Source: Myxococcota bacterium
GTDB lineage: Bacteria; Myxococcota_A; UBA9160; UBA4427
Direction of reading: 5' to 3'
Assembly: GCA_046583095.1 (NCBI GenBank)
Contig: JAYGDB010000143.1
Location: forward strand, 2,937 to 66,936
DNA length: 64,000 bases
This document shows, in pieces, positions 16,420 to 27,451 of the stretch (position 1 is its first letter; each line of letters begins with the position of its first letter). The translations under genes were made by a program, and so were the position numbers. Below the pieces are notes generated by a model, which did not search any database, was not told where the DNA came from, and saw only the letters and a list, made by a program, of their open reading frames with translations.

Positions 16420-17508
16420 TCAGGGCCGCACCAGGTAGAACGCGTTGACGGGGTGGCCCAGATCCTGCTCGTCGAAGTGCCGGAAGCCGGCGGCCTCGAC
16501 CATCTCGCCCAGCAGGCCTGCGTGGAGACCCAGCGTGCCGAGGCCGGCACCTCCGGGCTCCGAGAGCGCCGACGACATGCAGGTCATGACCGAAGTGCCG
16601 TACATCATCGCGGCCATCGGGTTGTTGGCAACATTCTCTTCGTAGCTTGCGTAGCACTTGATGTCGGCGATCAGCCAGACACCGTCGGGCCGAATCGCCC
16701 GGCGAATTCGACCCACGACACCCGCCGGGTCGGTCATGTCGTGGAGACAGTCGAAGGTGGTGACGAAGTCGTAGCGGCCATCGTCGGGGATCGGCTCCTC
16801 GCGAGCGTCGTGGAAGGTCACGTTCGAGATCGTCGCCTCAGCGGCGTTGGCACGGCCGCGCTCGATGGCGCGCTGCGAGATTTCGTAGCCGTGGAACTCG
16901 CTATTGGGGAAGGCACGGGCCATCTCGATCATGGCCACGCCCGTGCCGCAGCCGACATCCGCCGCGACGAGGCCGGCGTCGAGTTTCTCGACGAGGCCCG
17001 GTACCCGGGGCAGTGCCATCGGGACGAGCAGCGCCCGGAACCAGGGCGCAAAGCCGCGCTCGACGCCCACCGCTCCCTCCGGGCCAAGGGCATCGTAGGG
17101 CAGCCCCAGTCCCGTCTGGAACGCCTCGGGCAGCTTCTCGGCGAGTTGCATCGTCTGCGGGAAGTGCGAGAAGAATCCCGCGCCGAAGGCCGGGTGCGAT
17201 TCATTCGCGAGCACCGCCACGGCCTCCGCCGACAGGGCAAAGCGCCCGTCTCCCCGATGCTCGAGCACGGCGGCCGCACCCTGCTGGTGGAGCCACTCGC
17301 GTACCCAACGCTCCGACAAGCCTGTCTCCGCAGCGAGTTCGTGGCTGTCGAAGGAGTCGACTTCCGCCAGGGCGCGATACAAACCCAGACGATCGCCCAG
17401 GTAGATCATCGCGGACGTGACCGCGCCGGAGAACGCCCCGAAGACCGTCCGAGCAGTCTCACGCAGTTTGTCGCCGTCGAGTCCTTCTGCGGTCCTTTGA
17501 TTCGCCAC
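16420..17508 (-). CDS. class I SAM-dependent methyltransferase with N-terminal winged-helix-like domain
   Basis: Motif I VADVGCGTG. Start set at GTG 17508, 6 nt after AAGGAG (reverse complement of 17515-17520). Confidence 0.8.
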   Translation of the reverse strand: MANQRTAEGLDGDKLRETARTVFGAFSGAVTSAMIYLGDRLGLYRALAEVDSFDSHELAAETGLSERWVREWLHQQGAAAVLEHRGDGRFALSAEAVAVLANESHPAFGAGFFSHFPQTMQLAEKLPEAFQTGLGLPYDALGPEGAVGVERGFAPWFRALLVPMALPRVPGLVEKLDAGLVAADVGCGTGVAMIEMARAFPNSEFHGYEISQRAIERGRANAAEATISNVTFHDAREEPIPDDGRYDFVTTFDCLHDMTDPAGVVGRIRRAIRPDGVWLIADIKCYASYEENVANNPMAAMMYGTSVMTCMSSALSEPGGAGLGTLGLHAGLLGEMVEAAGFRHFDEQDLGHPVNAFYLVRP

Positions 17509-17626
17509 CACGATCTCCTTCCAGGCGCGCCGGCCGACGGCGAATTTTGCGAACCCACTGGCTGCAGATGCGCGGCCGTCTCGCTTACAAGGCCCTAGAC
17601 TACCCCGCCCCAACCGAGGAGTCGCC

Positions 17627-18727
17627 ATGCGCGCCGCCGTTCTGGAAACCGTGGGTCAACCCCTGGTCGTGACAAACGACGTCGACATCGCCGAACCGGG
17701 CCCCGGACAGGTCCGGATCGCGGTATCGCACTGCGGCGTGTGCCACTCGGACCTGAGCATCGTGAACGGCAGCTTTCCCGTCGAACCGCCGGTGGTGCTC
17801 GGCCACGAGGCGACCGGGACCGTCGAGTCCGTGGGCGAAGGCGTCACGATGCTGGCTCCGGGCGACGCGGTCGTGCTGACACCCTGCCCTCCTTGCGGGC
17901 GCTGCTACGGCTGCATCCGGGGAGAACCCGGAACCTGCGTGAACACCGGCGCCCTGTTCGCCAACACACTGCTCGACGGAACCACGCCTCTGTCACGCAA
18001 GGGTGAGCCCGTGAAGCGCGGCCTCGGAGTTGCGGCCTTCGCGGAGTACGTCGTCACGTCGGAGACGGGTGCCGTCAAGATCTCGGAAGACGTCCCCCTC
18101 GACGTGGCATGCGTGATCGGATGCGCGGTCCAGACGGGCGTGGGCGCGGTGCTGAATACCGCGCAGGTCGAGACCGGGGCCACAGTTCTCGTCATGGGCC
18201 TCGGCGGCATCGGGATCTCGGTGGTCCAGGGCGCGCGGCTCGCAGGAGCCGCCCGCATCATCGTCTCGGACCCGATCCTGGAACGTCGCGCGGTCGCCCA
18301 GCAGCTCGGTGCCACGGATCTGCTGGATCCGACCAGCGACGACGTGGTCACTGCGGCGCGCGATCTCACGGGCGGCGTGGGAGTCGACTACGCGTTCGAG
18401 TGCGCAGGCGTCGCGGCGCTCGTCAACGTCGGGGTCTTCGCGACTCGTTCCGGCGGCACGACGGTCTGCGTCGGAGCTCCGCCAATCGATCAGGCGATCA
18501 CCCTCGCTCCCGCCGCGCTCTTCGGAGCCGGAGAGAAGAAGCTGCTCGGCTGCCTGCTCGGCAGTTCGAACTCGCTCCTCGAGATCCCGCGACTCGTCTC
18601 CCTGTGGCAGACCGGGCAGCTCGATCTCGACGTCCTCATCAGCAACCGCCGCCCTCTCGAAGAGATCAACCACGCCATGGAAGATCTCGAAGCGGGCCGG
18701 GGAGTCCGTACGGTTCTCACGCTCTAG
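17627..18727 (+). CDS. zinc-dependent alcohol dehydrogenase (class III-like)
   Basis: GVCHSDL, GHEATGTVESVGEGV and the GLGGIG Rossmann motif. SD GAGGA upstream. Confidence 0.9.
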   Translation: MRAAVLETVGQPLVVTNDVDIAEPGPGQVRIAVSHCGVCHSDLSIVNGSFPVEPPVVLGHEATGTVESVGEGVTMLAPGDAVVLTPCPPCGRCYGCIRGEPGTCVNTGALFANTLLDGTTPLSRKGEPVKRGLGVAAFAEYVVTSETGAVKISEDVPLDVACVIGCAVQTGVGAVLNTAQVETGATVLVMGLGGIGISVVQGARLAGAARIIVSDPILERRAVAQQLGATDLLDPTSDDVVTAARDLTGGVGVDYAFECAGVAALVNVGVFATRSGGTTVCVGAPPIDQAITLAPAALFGAGEKKLLGCLLGSSNSLLEIPRLVSLWQTGQLDLDVLISNRRPLEEINHAMEDLEAGRGVRTVLTL

Positions 18728-18748
18728 CAAGGGTCGTGCGACAGACTC

Positions 18749-19951
18749 CTAGCCGGCGTCGAGGGCCTTCTCGATCTCTTCCGGTGTCAGGCCGGCTTCC
18801 GCGAGGACCTGCTTCGAGTCCTCACCCAAGCCGGGTGCGGGACGCCGGCTCCGAAGCTCGAATCCCGACATCCGGAGCGGCGGCGCCACCGACAGGAACT
18901 CGCCGGCAGTGGGATGCTCGGTGGTCTGGACGACCCCGGCCTCCCGCACCTGGGGATCGGAGATGGCCTCGGCGAGGGTCTGCATCGGAGCACAGATGAT
19001 CGTGTACCCCGCCAGGTGCCTCTCCCACTCCGCGAGGGTTCGCTCCGCGATCCGCGTCGCGAGTCGCGCGGTGAGCACCTCCGAGTTGCGGTAGCGCTCG
19101 ATCGGGCCCTCGAACCGCTCGTCCTCGAGCAGTTCGTCGAGATCGAGGGCATGGCACAACTCGGGCCAGTAGCGACCCGACTCGATCATCACGAGGAAGA
19201 GCCAGCGCCCGTCCTTCGTCTGATAGTGATTCCAGAGCGGATTCCGCGGGCGCTCGCGATCGTGATTCGGCGGCGACTGCCCGGTTACGAGCGTGTTCGA
19301 AGCATCGTTGCCCTGGATGTAGAAGCCGATGTGCATCAGGTTGACGTCGATCACCTGCCCTTCCCCGGTCTGATCCCTCACGCGCAGCGCCGAGAGAATC
19401 CCCGTGACGAGAGCCAGGGCGGCCGCGTGATCCCCGACACCGGGTCGCAAGAAGGACGGGGGTACGCCTTTGTCACGCATCGTGTCCATGAAGCCGGTGC
19501 GAGCCCAGTAGGCCGTGTAGTCGAAGGCCGGCTGGTTGGCCTCGGGGCCGGCTGGACCATATCCGCTCATGCTGGCGAAGATCAGCGCGGATCGTTGCGC
19601 GCGCAGGCTCTCGGCGTCGATCCCGTACTTCTTCTGCCGATGCGGGAGCATGTTCGTCAGAACGACGTCGGCGCCATCGATGACGCGCATCAACGCATCT
19701 CGCGCCGCTTCCTTCGTGATGTCGAGAGCCAGCGACCGCTTGCCCCGGTTGTCCATCTGGAAGTGCGGCGCTTCGGAGAAGTCGCTCTTGTAACCCCCGG
19801 TGCGAGGCGTCGAGTAGCGGTAGACCTCACCCCGCGGCACCTCCACCTTCACGACGTCCGCTCCGAGATCGGCGAGCAGTGCCCCACCCGCCGGCGCGGC
19901 GACGAAGCTCGCGATCTCCACGACACGGATTCCGGCCAGAGGTGCAGTCAA
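18749..19951 (-). CDS. family III CoA-transferase (CaiB/BaiF)
   Basis: LAGIRVVEIASFVAAPAGGALLADLGADVVKVE N-terminal signature. 400 aa. Confidence 0.9.
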   Translation of the reverse strand: MTAPLAGIRVVEIASFVAAPAGGALLADLGADVVKVEVPRGEVYRYSTPRTGGYKSDFSEAPHFQMDNRGKRSLALDITKEAARDALMRVIDGADVVLTNMLPHRQKKYGIDAESLRAQRSALIFASMSGYGPAGPEANQPAFDYTAYWARTGFMDTMRDKGVPPSFLRPGVGDHAAALALVTGILSALRVRDQTGEGQVIDVNLMHIGFYIQGNDASNTLVTGQSPPNHDRERPRNPLWNHYQTKDGRWLFLVMIESGRYWPELCHALDLDELLEDERFEGPIERYRNSEVLTARLATRIAERTLAEWERHLAGYTIICAPMQTLAEAISDPQVREAGVVQTTEHPTAGEFLSVAPPLRMSGFELRSRRPAPGLGEDSKQVLAEAGLTPEEIEKALDAG

Positions 19952-20023
19952 GAGTCTTCTCCCAGGCGGAGGATGATCGCACGGACGACCGTAGGCGATG
20001 CGGCTCGCTCGAGCGAGGCGAGT

Positions 20024-21499
20024 TCAGCCGGCAAACCGCTCACGCAGAGAGCGATACAGCCGGCCGAACTCTTCCCGGCGCGGACCCAACGCGTCTCGTA
20101 GTCCGGGCTCCACTTCCAGGACACGATCCACGGGCGGCTGCGTGCAGACGTCCTCGGGTGCCTCGCGGGTCACCGAAAGGCGACCCAGGCGGGCGGCGCC
20201 GAGAGCCGGTCCCACCTCGGCGCCGGCAGACCGCGTGAGGGGGCGGCCGAGAGCAGACGCCAGGATCCGCGCCCACAGCTCGCTCTGCGCGCCACCCCCG
20301 ATCAGCGCGACGCTTTCGATCGGAGCGCCCGAGGCGAGGAGTGCGTCCTGCCCGTCGGCGAGTGCGAACGAGACACCCTCGAGCACCGCGAGCACCAGCT
20401 GTCCAGGACCGGTGTCGTGCGTCATACCGAAGAAGACGCCGCGCGCGTGGGGATCGTTGTGCGGCGTGCGCTCCCCCGAGAGATACGGGAGGAAGCACGG
20501 CACCGCATTCGAGAAGCCCGCTTCGTCGAGGGCCGACTGAGCCAGCGCGAGTGCGGCCGGCTCGTTCGCCGCGCCGACGAGCCGGGTCACCCACGTGAGA
20601 CAGCTCGCAGCGCTGAGAATCACCGACATCTGGTGCCAGCGTTCGGGCAAGCAGTGACAGAATGCGTGAACGGCTCGCTCTGGATTCGGCGCGAAGTGAT
20701 CCCCCGCAACGAAGTACACCCCGGACGTCCCCAGGGCCAGGAAGCCCTGCGCCGCGCTGATGATGCCCGCCCCGACGGCCCCCGCCGCCTGATCCCCCGC
20801 GCCGCCCGCCACGACGACGCGTGGGCCCATTCCCCAGCGTGTCGCGAACTCGGGGAGGAGCTCTCCGGTCGCCTCGCTGCCTTCGACGAGACGCGGCATC
20901 GCGGAGAGCGAGAGCCCGGTCGCCTCGACGAGATCCGGCGACCACCTCCTCCGGCCTACGTCGAGCCACAGGGTTCCCGAGGCGTCCGACATTTCCGATG
21001 CGTGCTCGCCCGTGAGGCGCAGACGCAGGAAGTCCTTCGGCAGCAGCACCCGATGGACCCGCTGTGCAACCTCCGGCTCGTGCTCGGCCAACCACAACAG
21101 CTTCGGGGCCGTGAAGCCGGGCATCACGAGATTGCCGGTCGTCTCGCGAACCGACGGCACGCGCCGCTCGAGCTCTTCGCAGGCGGCTGCGCTGCGCCCG
21201 TCGTTCCACAAGATCGCCGGCCGCAGCACCTCGTCCGAGGCGTCGAGCAGCGTTGCACCGTGCATCTGGCCCGACAGGCCGATGCCGCGCACCGCCGCGA
21301 CCGCGTCGGGCGAGCGATCCCGCAGCGCATCGACGGCCGCGCACGTCGCTGTCCACCAGGCCGCGGGATCCTGCTCCGACCACAGGGGTCGAGGACGGCT
21401 CACGACGAGCGGCGCGCTCGCCTGGTCGACGATCTGGTCGGCCTCGTCGAGGACGATCGCCTTGACGCCCGACGTTCCGAGATCGATGCCGAGGAACAT
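20024..21499 (-). CDS. xylB: xylulokinase (FGGY carbohydrate kinase)
   Basis: MFLGIDLGTSGVKAIV N-terminus and FGGY C-terminal motifs. 491 aa. Confidence 0.85.
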   Translation of the reverse strand: MFLGIDLGTSGVKAIVLDEADQIVDQASAPLVVSRPRPLWSEQDPAAWWTATCAAVDALRDRSPDAVAAVRGIGLSGQMHGATLLDASDEVLRPAILWNDGRSAAACEELERRVPSVRETTGNLVMPGFTAPKLLWLAEHEPEVAQRVHRVLLPKDFLRLRLTGEHASEMSDASGTLWLDVGRRRWSPDLVEATGLSLSAMPRLVEGSEATGELLPEFATRWGMGPRVVVAGGAGDQAAGAVGAGIISAAQGFLALGTSGVYFVAGDHFAPNPERAVHAFCHCLPERWHQMSVILSAASCLTWVTRLVGAANEPAALALAQSALDEAGFSNAVPCFLPYLSGERTPHNDPHARGVFFGMTHDTGPGQLVLAVLEGVSFALADGQDALLASGAPIESVALIGGGAQSELWARILASALGRPLTRSAGAEVGPALGAARLGRLSVTREAPEDVCTQPPVDRVLEVEPGLRDALGPRREEFGRLYRSLRERFAG

Positions 21500-21582
21500 G
21501 CCCGGGGATTATGGCACCTCCTCGCCGGAGGGCGGGCTCCAGCGGCCACGCGCTCCGGGCGAACCCCGCCTAGAATCCAGCC

Positions 21583-22530
21583 ATGGCCCCCCTGCTCGAG
21601 ACACACGAAGCCCAAAAGCGATTCATCGACGCCGGAGGGCGCCGCTTCGAGGTACACACCGCCGGCGACGACTCCAGCAAGCGACTCGCCCTGCTGCTGC
21701 ACGGCTTTCCCGAGCACGCGATCTCCTGGCGCCACCAGCTGCCGATGCTGGCAGGCCTGGGCTACCGGGTGTGGGCGCCCAACCAACGAGGGTACGGGCT
21801 GAGCCACCGGCCGCCGGAAGTCGCCGACTACTCGCTCGCACATCTCGTCGACGACGTCGGCGTCCTGATCGACGCCTCGGGAGCCGAGCACGTCACCCTC
21901 TTCGGCCACGATTGGGGAGGCGCCGTCGCCTGGGCGGCCGCGCTCACCCATGCCCGCCCGCAGATCGAGCGACTCGTCGTGATGAACCTGCCGCACCCGC
22001 AGAAATTCGCGGAGAACCTGCGCGGCAACTGGCGGCAGCGAATTCGCTCCTTGTACATACTCTTCTTCCAGATTCCCGGGTTGCCCGAGTGGTTGCTCAC
22101 CCGCAACAATGCCCAACTCGTCGCGACTGTCTTCGCCCAGGGCAGCGGCCGGCCGGATCTCTTCCCCCAGGAGGTGCTCGAGGTCTATCGCGAGAACGCC
22201 CTGCAGCCAGGCGCCGCGACAGCCATGCTCAACTGGTACCGAGCGGCGGTGCGCGGACGCGGGGATCTCGGCGATCGCTTCCTGGGCGAGGGAAAGCTCG
22301 ATATCCCGACCCTGATGGTCTGGGGCGAGAACGACAAGGCACTCGGGAAGGAACTCACCTACGGAACCGAAGAGCTCGTCGAGGACTTCACGCTTCGCTA
22401 CCTGCCCACGTCCCACTGGGTCAACCAGGAGGCCCCGGAAGAAGTGAATCGCATCGTCGAGGCCTGGTTGACCGGACAGCCCGTGCCGGACTTCGAGACA
22501 GACCGCGCGAGCGGGGAGGAAGCAACGTGA
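21583..22530 (+). CDS. alpha/beta hydrolase, epoxide-hydrolase/dehalogenase-like
   Basis: HGFPE...W oxyanion region and GHDWGG (Asp nucleophile elbow). Confidence 0.87.
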   Translation: MAPLLETHEAQKRFIDAGGRRFEVHTAGDDSSKRLALLLHGFPEHAISWRHQLPMLAGLGYRVWAPNQRGYGLSHRPPEVADYSLAHLVDDVGVLIDASGAEHVTLFGHDWGGAVAWAAALTHARPQIERLVVMNLPHPQKFAENLRGNWRQRIRSLYILFFQIPGLPEWLLTRNNAQLVATVFAQGSGRPDLFPQEVLEVYRENALQPGAATAMLNWYRAAVRGRGDLGDRFLGEGKLDIPTLMVWGENDKALGKELTYGTEELVEDFTLRYLPTSHWVNQEAPEEVNRIVEAWLTGQPVPDFETDRASGEEAT

Positions 22531-22910
22531 GCGCACGCAAGGTCACCGTCGATGGTGTCGGAAAGCTACCCGCCTTCTGCCACGCCAGCGTGGCGGGCGA
22601 ATTCATCTACGTCTCCGGCACCCTCGGAACGAAGACCGGGAGCTTCGAACTGGTGGACGGCGGCACAGGCCCCGAGACCACCCAGACCCTTCGCAACATC
22701 GAGACGATCCTCGAGGGCTGTGGCGCGGGCCTCGAGCACCTCGTGAAGATCAACGTCTTCCTGACGGACATGACGACCTTCCGGGACATGAACGAGGCCT
22801 ATCTCGAGGTGATCGGCGCCTCGCCGCCGGCACGCATCACTGTGGGCTGCTCGGGACTCGCCCTGGGCGCCGCCGTGGAGATCGATGCAGTCGCCTACAC
22901 GGGGCCCTGA
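22527..22910 (+). CDS. RidA/YjgF family protein
   Basis: GTG start overlaps the upstream stop (GTGA) and follows GGGGAGGA. Motifs include IYVSGTLG...KINVFLTDM...ARITVG. Confidence 0.87.
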   Translation: MSARKVTVDGVGKLPAFCHASVAGEFIYVSGTLGTKTGSFELVDGGTGPETTQTLRNIETILEGCGAGLEHLVKINVFLTDMTTFRDMNEAYLEVIGASPPARITVGCSGLALGAAVEIDAVAYTGP

Positions 22911-23105
22911 TCAGCCCGCCCCGTCTTGCTGCTGGGCCGCGAGGCGCTTGAGCTCGCACTCCCGCTGAGCAGCCTCGTCGCAGGGACAGTCGCCGCCGGT
23001 GCCACCGCAGGAGCCCTGGAGGCGCCTGCCGTGGACCATCACGCCGATCGCCATCGCGGCCATTACGGCGATGAAGACGAGGAACGTGGCGATGAAGGTC
23101 TGCAT
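22911..23105 (-). CDS. nqrM: (Na+)-NQR maturation protein NqrM
   Basis: 64 aa with one TM helix, then GSCGG..C.C. Last gene after apbE, as in known nqr operons. Confidence 0.8.
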   Translation of the reverse strand: MQTFIATFLVFIAVMAAMAIGVMVHGRRLQGSCGGTGGDCPCDEAAQRECELKRLAAQQQDGAG

Positions 23106-24178
23106 CAGGGTCGTGTCCTGAGGACGGTGAATGCCGGGGTCTCCCGATTGCCGAAGGTACCGTCCTTCTCGCGGATGATGAAGTAGGCAGCCAGCGCGCG
23201 CTCCTCGGCGAGCGCGTAACCCGCCTCGGGGCCCAGCACGTTCAAGGCCGTCGCCCAGGCGTCGGCCCGCATGGCCTCGTCGGCAAGAACTGTCACGGAC
23301 GCAAGGGCGTGGCCAATCGGACGGCCATCACGCGGATCGATCGTGTGGGAGATCCGCAGCCCGTCCTGCTCGTAGTAGTTGCGGTAGTCCCCGGACGTCG
23401 CCATCCCCGATTCCACCAGCGGAACGACGTCGTGGACCCTCCGCTGGCCCTCGCGCTCAGGGACCTCGATGGCGACGCGCCAGGGCGATCCGTCGAGCTT
23501 TCGGCCCCGTCCGCGCAGTTCGCCCCCGATCTCGACCAGGTGCTCGGGGTAACCCAGGCGAACCAGATCTTCCGACACGGCGTCCACCCCGTAGCCCTTC
23601 GCGATGGCGGACACATCACACTCCAGCCGGGGGTCGGACTTCACGAGAGCGCCTCCCTGCAGCCGAATCCGCTGCCAGCCGACTCGCTCGCGGAGGAGCC
23701 TGAGCTCCGCCGGAGTCGGCTCCCGGGAGATCCGCGCGCCGTCACCGAACCCCCATGCCTGCACGAGCGGACGGATCGTGATATCGAAGGCGCCGCCGGA
23801 TGCCTCGCTCACCTCGAGCGAGGCGCCGACCACTTTCAAGAGTTCGCGGGAGGCCCGAAACGGCTCGGTCGAAGCGTGGCGGTTGAAACGTGAGATCTCC
23901 GAACCCGGATCCCAGTTGGACATGCCGGCGTTCACCGCAACAAGTCGCTCGCGAATCACCCGCGCGATTTCGGCGTGCTCCTCCTGGGAGAGATCTTCGG
24001 CAGCAACCTTCACGAGGAAGGTCGTTCCCATCGTCGGGCCCGAGAACTCGAAGATCGGGCCCGGCAGGTCGGCCCAGTACAGACGGTGCAGCGAGGCCGC
24101 CGTCAACACCACCACCGCGATCACGAGCAGCACCTTCGCACGCGTCGTGAGTCCGCCCTTTACGAGCGGGGATGACAT
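23105..24178 (-). CDS. apbE: FAD:protein FMN transferase
   Basis: ApbE family motifs (MGT...AIAKGY...SGDY). Positioned after nqrF. Confidence 0.92.
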   Translation of the reverse strand: MSSPLVKGGLTTRAKVLLVIAVVVLTAASLHRLYWADLPGPIFEFSGPTMGTTFLVKVAAEDLSQEEHAEIARVIRERLVAVNAGMSNWDPGSEISRFNRHASTEPFRASRELLKVVGASLEVSEASGGAFDITIRPLVQAWGFGDGARISREPTPAELRLLRERVGWQRIRLQGGALVKSDPRLECDVSAIAKGYGVDAVSEDLVRLGYPEHLVEIGGELRGRGRKLDGSPWRVAIEVPEREGQRRVHDVVPLVESGMATSGDYRNYYEQDGLRISHTIDPRDGRPIGHALASVTVLADEAMRADAWATALNVLGPEAGYALAEERALAAYFIIREKDGTFGNRETPAFTVLRTRP

Positions 24179-24191
24179 CTTCTCGCCGCGA

Positions 24192-25415
24192 TCAGCCGAA
24201 GTCGTCGAACGCGATGTTCTCCGGCTCGACTCCCAGGTCGGTCAACATCTGGATCACCGCGTTGTTCATCATCGGCGGCCCACAGATGTAGTATTCGCAG
24301 TCTTCAGGGGACTCGTGATCCTTCAGGTAGTTGTCGTGGAGCACCTGGTGGATGAACCCCGTGTAGCCGTCCCAGCCGTCTTCCTCGAGAGGCTCCGACA
24401 GAGCCAGGTGCCACTCGAAGTTCTCGTTCTCCGCAGCGATGGTGTCGAAGTGGTCGATGTAGAACGCCTCGCGGAGGCTGCGCGCGCCGTACCAGAAGCT
24501 CACCTTCCGGTTCGTGAGCAGGCGCCGGAACTGATCAAAGATGTGGGAGCGCATCGGCGCCATCCCGGCGCCTCCGCCGATGAAGACCATCTCGTTGTCG
24601 GTCGGCTTCGCGAAAAACTCTCCGTACGGACCCGAGATCACCACCTCGTCACCGGGCTTCAGACCGAAGAGGTAGGAGGTCATGATCCCCGGCGGCACGT
24701 CCGGCTGGCGCGGAGGCGGCGAGGCCACCCGGATATTCAGCAAGATGATGCCCTTCTCTTCGGGGTAGTTCGCCATCGAATAGGCGCGCTCGACGGACTC
24801 GGTGACCTTGGAGACGAATTTCCACTGGTCGAAGCGATCCCAGTCCTCCCGATACTCCTCCTCGACGTCGAAGTCCTTGTAGGCGATCTCGTGAGGCGGG
24901 CACTCGATCTGGATGTAGCCGCCCGCACGAAACGGCACCTCCTCGCCCTCGGGCAGCTCGAGCACCAGCTCCTTGATGAAAGTGGCGACGTTGTGGTTCG
25001 ACCGGACCCGGCAGGCCCACTTGCGAACGCTGAAGACCTCCGGCGGGATCTCGATCCGCATGTCCTCTTTGACCTTCACCTGGCACGAGAGGCGACAGCC
25101 CTCGCGCGCTTCGCCACGCGAGATGTGCCCGAGCTCTGTCGGCAGGATCGCGCCGCCGCCCTCGTGAACCTTGACCAGGCAGACCCCACAGGTGCCCTGC
25201 CCGCCGCAGGCGGAGGGAATGAAGATCTGGTTGTCGGCCAGGGTGCCCAGCAAGGTGCCACCGCCGTAGGCGGTCAGCGTGTGGTCGGGATCGTCGTTGA
25301 TCGCGATCTCGACGGCGCCACTCGCTACCAGGCGGCTCTTGGCGACCAGCAGGATCGCCACCAGCACGAGAATCGTCAGCGTGAAGCCGATGACACCGAA
25401 AGCCACGTCCATCAT
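24192..25415 (-). CDS. nqrF: Na+-NQR subunit F
   Basis: N-terminal TM helix, 2Fe-2S ferredoxin [17 protein letters not shown]-binding domain. 407 aa. Confidence 0.95.
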   Translation of the reverse strand: MMDVAFGVIGFTLTILVLVAILLVAKSRLVASGAVEIAINDDPDHTLTAYGGGTLLGTLADNQIFIPSACGGQGTCGVCLVKVHEGGGAILPTELGHISRGEAREGCRLSCQVKVKEDMRIEIPPEVFSVRKWACRVRSNHNVATFIKELVLELPEGEEVPFRAGGYIQIECPPHEIAYKDFDVEEEYREDWDRFDQWKFVSKVTESVERAYSMANYPEEKGIILLNIRVASPPPRQPDVPPGIMTSYLFGLKPGDEVVISGPYGEFFAKPTDNEMVFIGGGAGMAPMRSHIFDQFRRLLTNRKVSFWYGARSLREAFYIDHFDTIAAENENFEWHLALSEPLEEDGWDGYTGFIHQVLHDNYLKDHESPEDCEYYICGPPMMNNAVIQMLTDLGVEPENIAFDDFG

Positions 25416-25435
25416 GGGAACTGGATCTCCACGGC

Positions 25436-26047
25436 CTAGAGCTGAATTCCGGAGAACGCCATGAACCCGACCGACATCAGCCCGACGATGATGAAGGTGG
25501 CCCCCAACCCGCGAAGCGGAGGCGGCACGTTGCTGTAGCGCAACTTCTCGCGGATCGCGGCCAGCGCGGCGATCGCGAGCGCCCAGCCGATCCCCGAGCC
25601 CAGTCCGAAGACGGTGGCCTCACCCAGGCTGTAGTCACGCTGCTGCATGAAGAGCGACGCGCCGAGGATCGCGCAATTAACGGCAATCAGCGGCAGAAAG
25701 ACACCCAGCGCGTTGTAGAGGGCCGGCGAGTAGCGATCGAGGACCATCTCGACGATCTGCACCGTGGCTGCGATGGTGCCGATCAACACGAGGTAGCCCA
25801 GGAACTCCACGTCCACGTCCGGCAGCCCGGCCCAGGCCAGGCTGCCCTCCTGCAGGAAGGTCACATTCAGAAACTGGTTGAGCGGCGTCGTGACGGCCAG
25901 CACGAAGATGACCGCGCCGCCGAGCCCGATTGCCGTCTCCACCTTCTTCGAGCATGCCAGGAAGGAGCACATGCCCAGGAAGAAGGCCAGAGCCATGTTC
26001 TCAACGAAGACCGCCTTCGTTACCAAGCTCAAGTAGTGCTCCAACAT
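25436..26047 (-). CDS. nqrE: Na+-NQR subunit E
   Basis: [27 protein letters not shown] closely parallels the Vibrio NqrE N-terminus. Confidence 0.95.
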   Translation of the reverse strand: MLEHYLSLVTKAVFVENMALAFFLGMCSFLACSKKVETAIGLGGAVIFVLAVTTPLNQFLNVTFLQEGSLAWAGLPDVDVEFLGYLVLIGTIAATVQIVEMVLDRYSPALYNALGVFLPLIAVNCAILGASLFMQQRDYSLGEATVFGLGSGIGWALAIAALAAIREKLRYSNVPPPLRGLGATFIIVGLMSVGFMAFSGIQL

Positions 26048-26672
26048 GGAACTCCTCCTCCACTTGCTCGGGCTTCCAGCTGCGAACCACCCAGATGAAG
26101 CCGCCGATCAGCAAGAATGCCGCCGGGGACAAGGCCATCAGGCCGTTCGGCTGGTACCAACCCCCTTCGGTCACGGGGCTCAAGATCGTAACTCCGAAGA
26201 GCTTTCCGCTCCCGAAGAGTTCGCGCATGAAAGCCACGGCCATCAGGACGATCGCGTAGCCGAAGCCATTGCCAAGCGCATCCAACGCCGATCTCTTCAC
26301 CGAATTCTGCATCGCGAAGGCCTCGGCGCGACCCATGATGATGCAGTTCGTGATGATCAGGCCGACGAAGACCGTCAACTCCTTGCTGATGTCGAACACG
26401 TAGGCCTGCAGGATCTGGTCGGTGATGATCACGAGGGACGCGATGATCGTGAGTTGCACGATGATCCGGATGCTCGAGGGGACACGATTTCGGATCAGGC
26501 TCACGGCCACGTTCGATCCGAGCAGCACGAAGATCACCGCCAGGCTCATCACCATCGACGTCGACATCTTCGTCGTCACGGCCAGCGCGGAGCAGATCCC
26601 GAGCACCTGCAACGCAATCGGATTGTTGTTGAAGAGGGGGTCGAGAAGCGCTTCGCGATCGACTGCAGCCAT
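26001..26672 (-). CDS. nqrD: Na+-NQR subunit D
   Basis: [19 protein letters not shown]...GRAEAFA... Start ATG 26672 overlaps the nqrC stop (ATGA). The 3' end overlaps nqrE by 47 nt. Confidence 0.93.
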   Translation of the reverse strand: MAAVDREALLDPLFNNNPIALQVLGICSALAVTTKMSTSMVMSLAVIFVLLGSNVAVSLIRNRVPSSIRIIVQLTIIASLVIITDQILQAYVFDISKELTVFVGLIITNCIIMGRAEAFAMQNSVKRSALDALGNGFGYAIVLMAVAFMRELFGSGKLFGVTILSPVTEGGWYQPNGLMALSPAAFLLIGGFIWVVRSWKPEQVEEEFHVGALLELGNEGGLR

Positions 26673-27451
26673 CAGGTACTTCCTCCCATTCGAGCCGCCG
26701 TGAGATACGGTCCAAACCCGTCTTCCCCCAGCCAGAAGCGCACGAGGTTGCCCACTCCCCGGCTGGTGATCGTGGCCCCGGACAGGCCGTCCACATTGTA
26801 CGGATCCGTCTCGGGCGGGCCCGCCACTCCCTTTTTCACGTTGATCAGCGGGCGACCTCGGCCGTCGTAGACCTTGCGCCCCTTCCAGAGCCTCTTCCAA
26901 CGGGGATTGTCGATCTCACCCCCGAGCCCGGGAGTCTCCTTGTGCTCGTAGAAGGTGATCCCGACGACGGTCTGGGTATCCGCAGCCAGCGCGATGTAGC
27001 CGTAGAGCGTCGACCACAGGCCCTGGCCCGAAATCGGCACGATCACGGCCTTGAACTCGCCGTCCTGCACGACGCGGTACACCATGCCGTGAGTCGGAAG
27101 CCGCCGCACCTTCGCGGCGTTCGGCGGGGCTTCGCGACTGGTCGCCGGATCCTTTGCGGCTCTGCGCTGATCGAAGTGCACGGTATCGACGCCCTCGAGG
27201 ACTGCGCCGCTCGCCAGATCCACCACCGCGGCAACGATGTTCTCGTCGAAGCGCAGCTGTGCATCTTCACGCGTGATGCTCTCCCCCTCCTCCATCAAGC
27301 CGGCCACCACGAGCACCTTCTTCTGGCGATCGAGAGCAATGTTCTCCGCCTGCCGATCCCTGAGCAGGACCGAGGCGCCGGAAACGAGGACCGAGCAGAC
27401 CGCGCAGACGGCAACCGCGAAGAGCACGATGTAGCTGGTACTATGCTGCAC
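26672..27451 (-). CDS. nqrC: Na+-NQR subunit C
   Basis: N-terminal TM helix and FMN attachment motif SGATITS. Confidence 0.93.
   Translation of the reverse strand: MQHSTSYIVLFAVAVCAVCSVLVSGASVLLRDRQAENIALDRQKKVLVVAGLMEEGESITREDAQLRFDENIVAAVVDLASGAVLEGVDTVHFDQRRAAKDPATSREAPPNAAKVRRLPTHGMVYRVVQDGEFKAVIVPISGQGLWSTLYGYIALAADTQTVVGITFYEHKETPGLGGEIDNPRWKRLWKGRKVYDGRGRPLINVKKGVAGPPETDPYNVDGLSGATITSRGVGNLVRFWLGEDGFGPYLTAARMGGST

Noticed and set aside
20004-20017. Perfect 14-nt palindrome CTCGCTCGAGCGAG between xylB and the CoA-transferase gene
   Set aside because: It is short and GC-rich, so it is expected by chance at appreciable frequency. It would form only a 5-bp stem with a 4-nt loop and has no flanking T-run or promoter elements.
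26001-26047. 47-nt overlap of nqrD and nqrE as a sign of frameshift or pseudogenisation
   Set aside because: Both subunits are full length with conserved termini. NqrD simply runs about 17 codons past the conserved KPEQVEEE end because no stop occurs. The GAGGAGGAG inside it serves as the nqrE SD. This is ordinary gene overlap in high-GC DNA.
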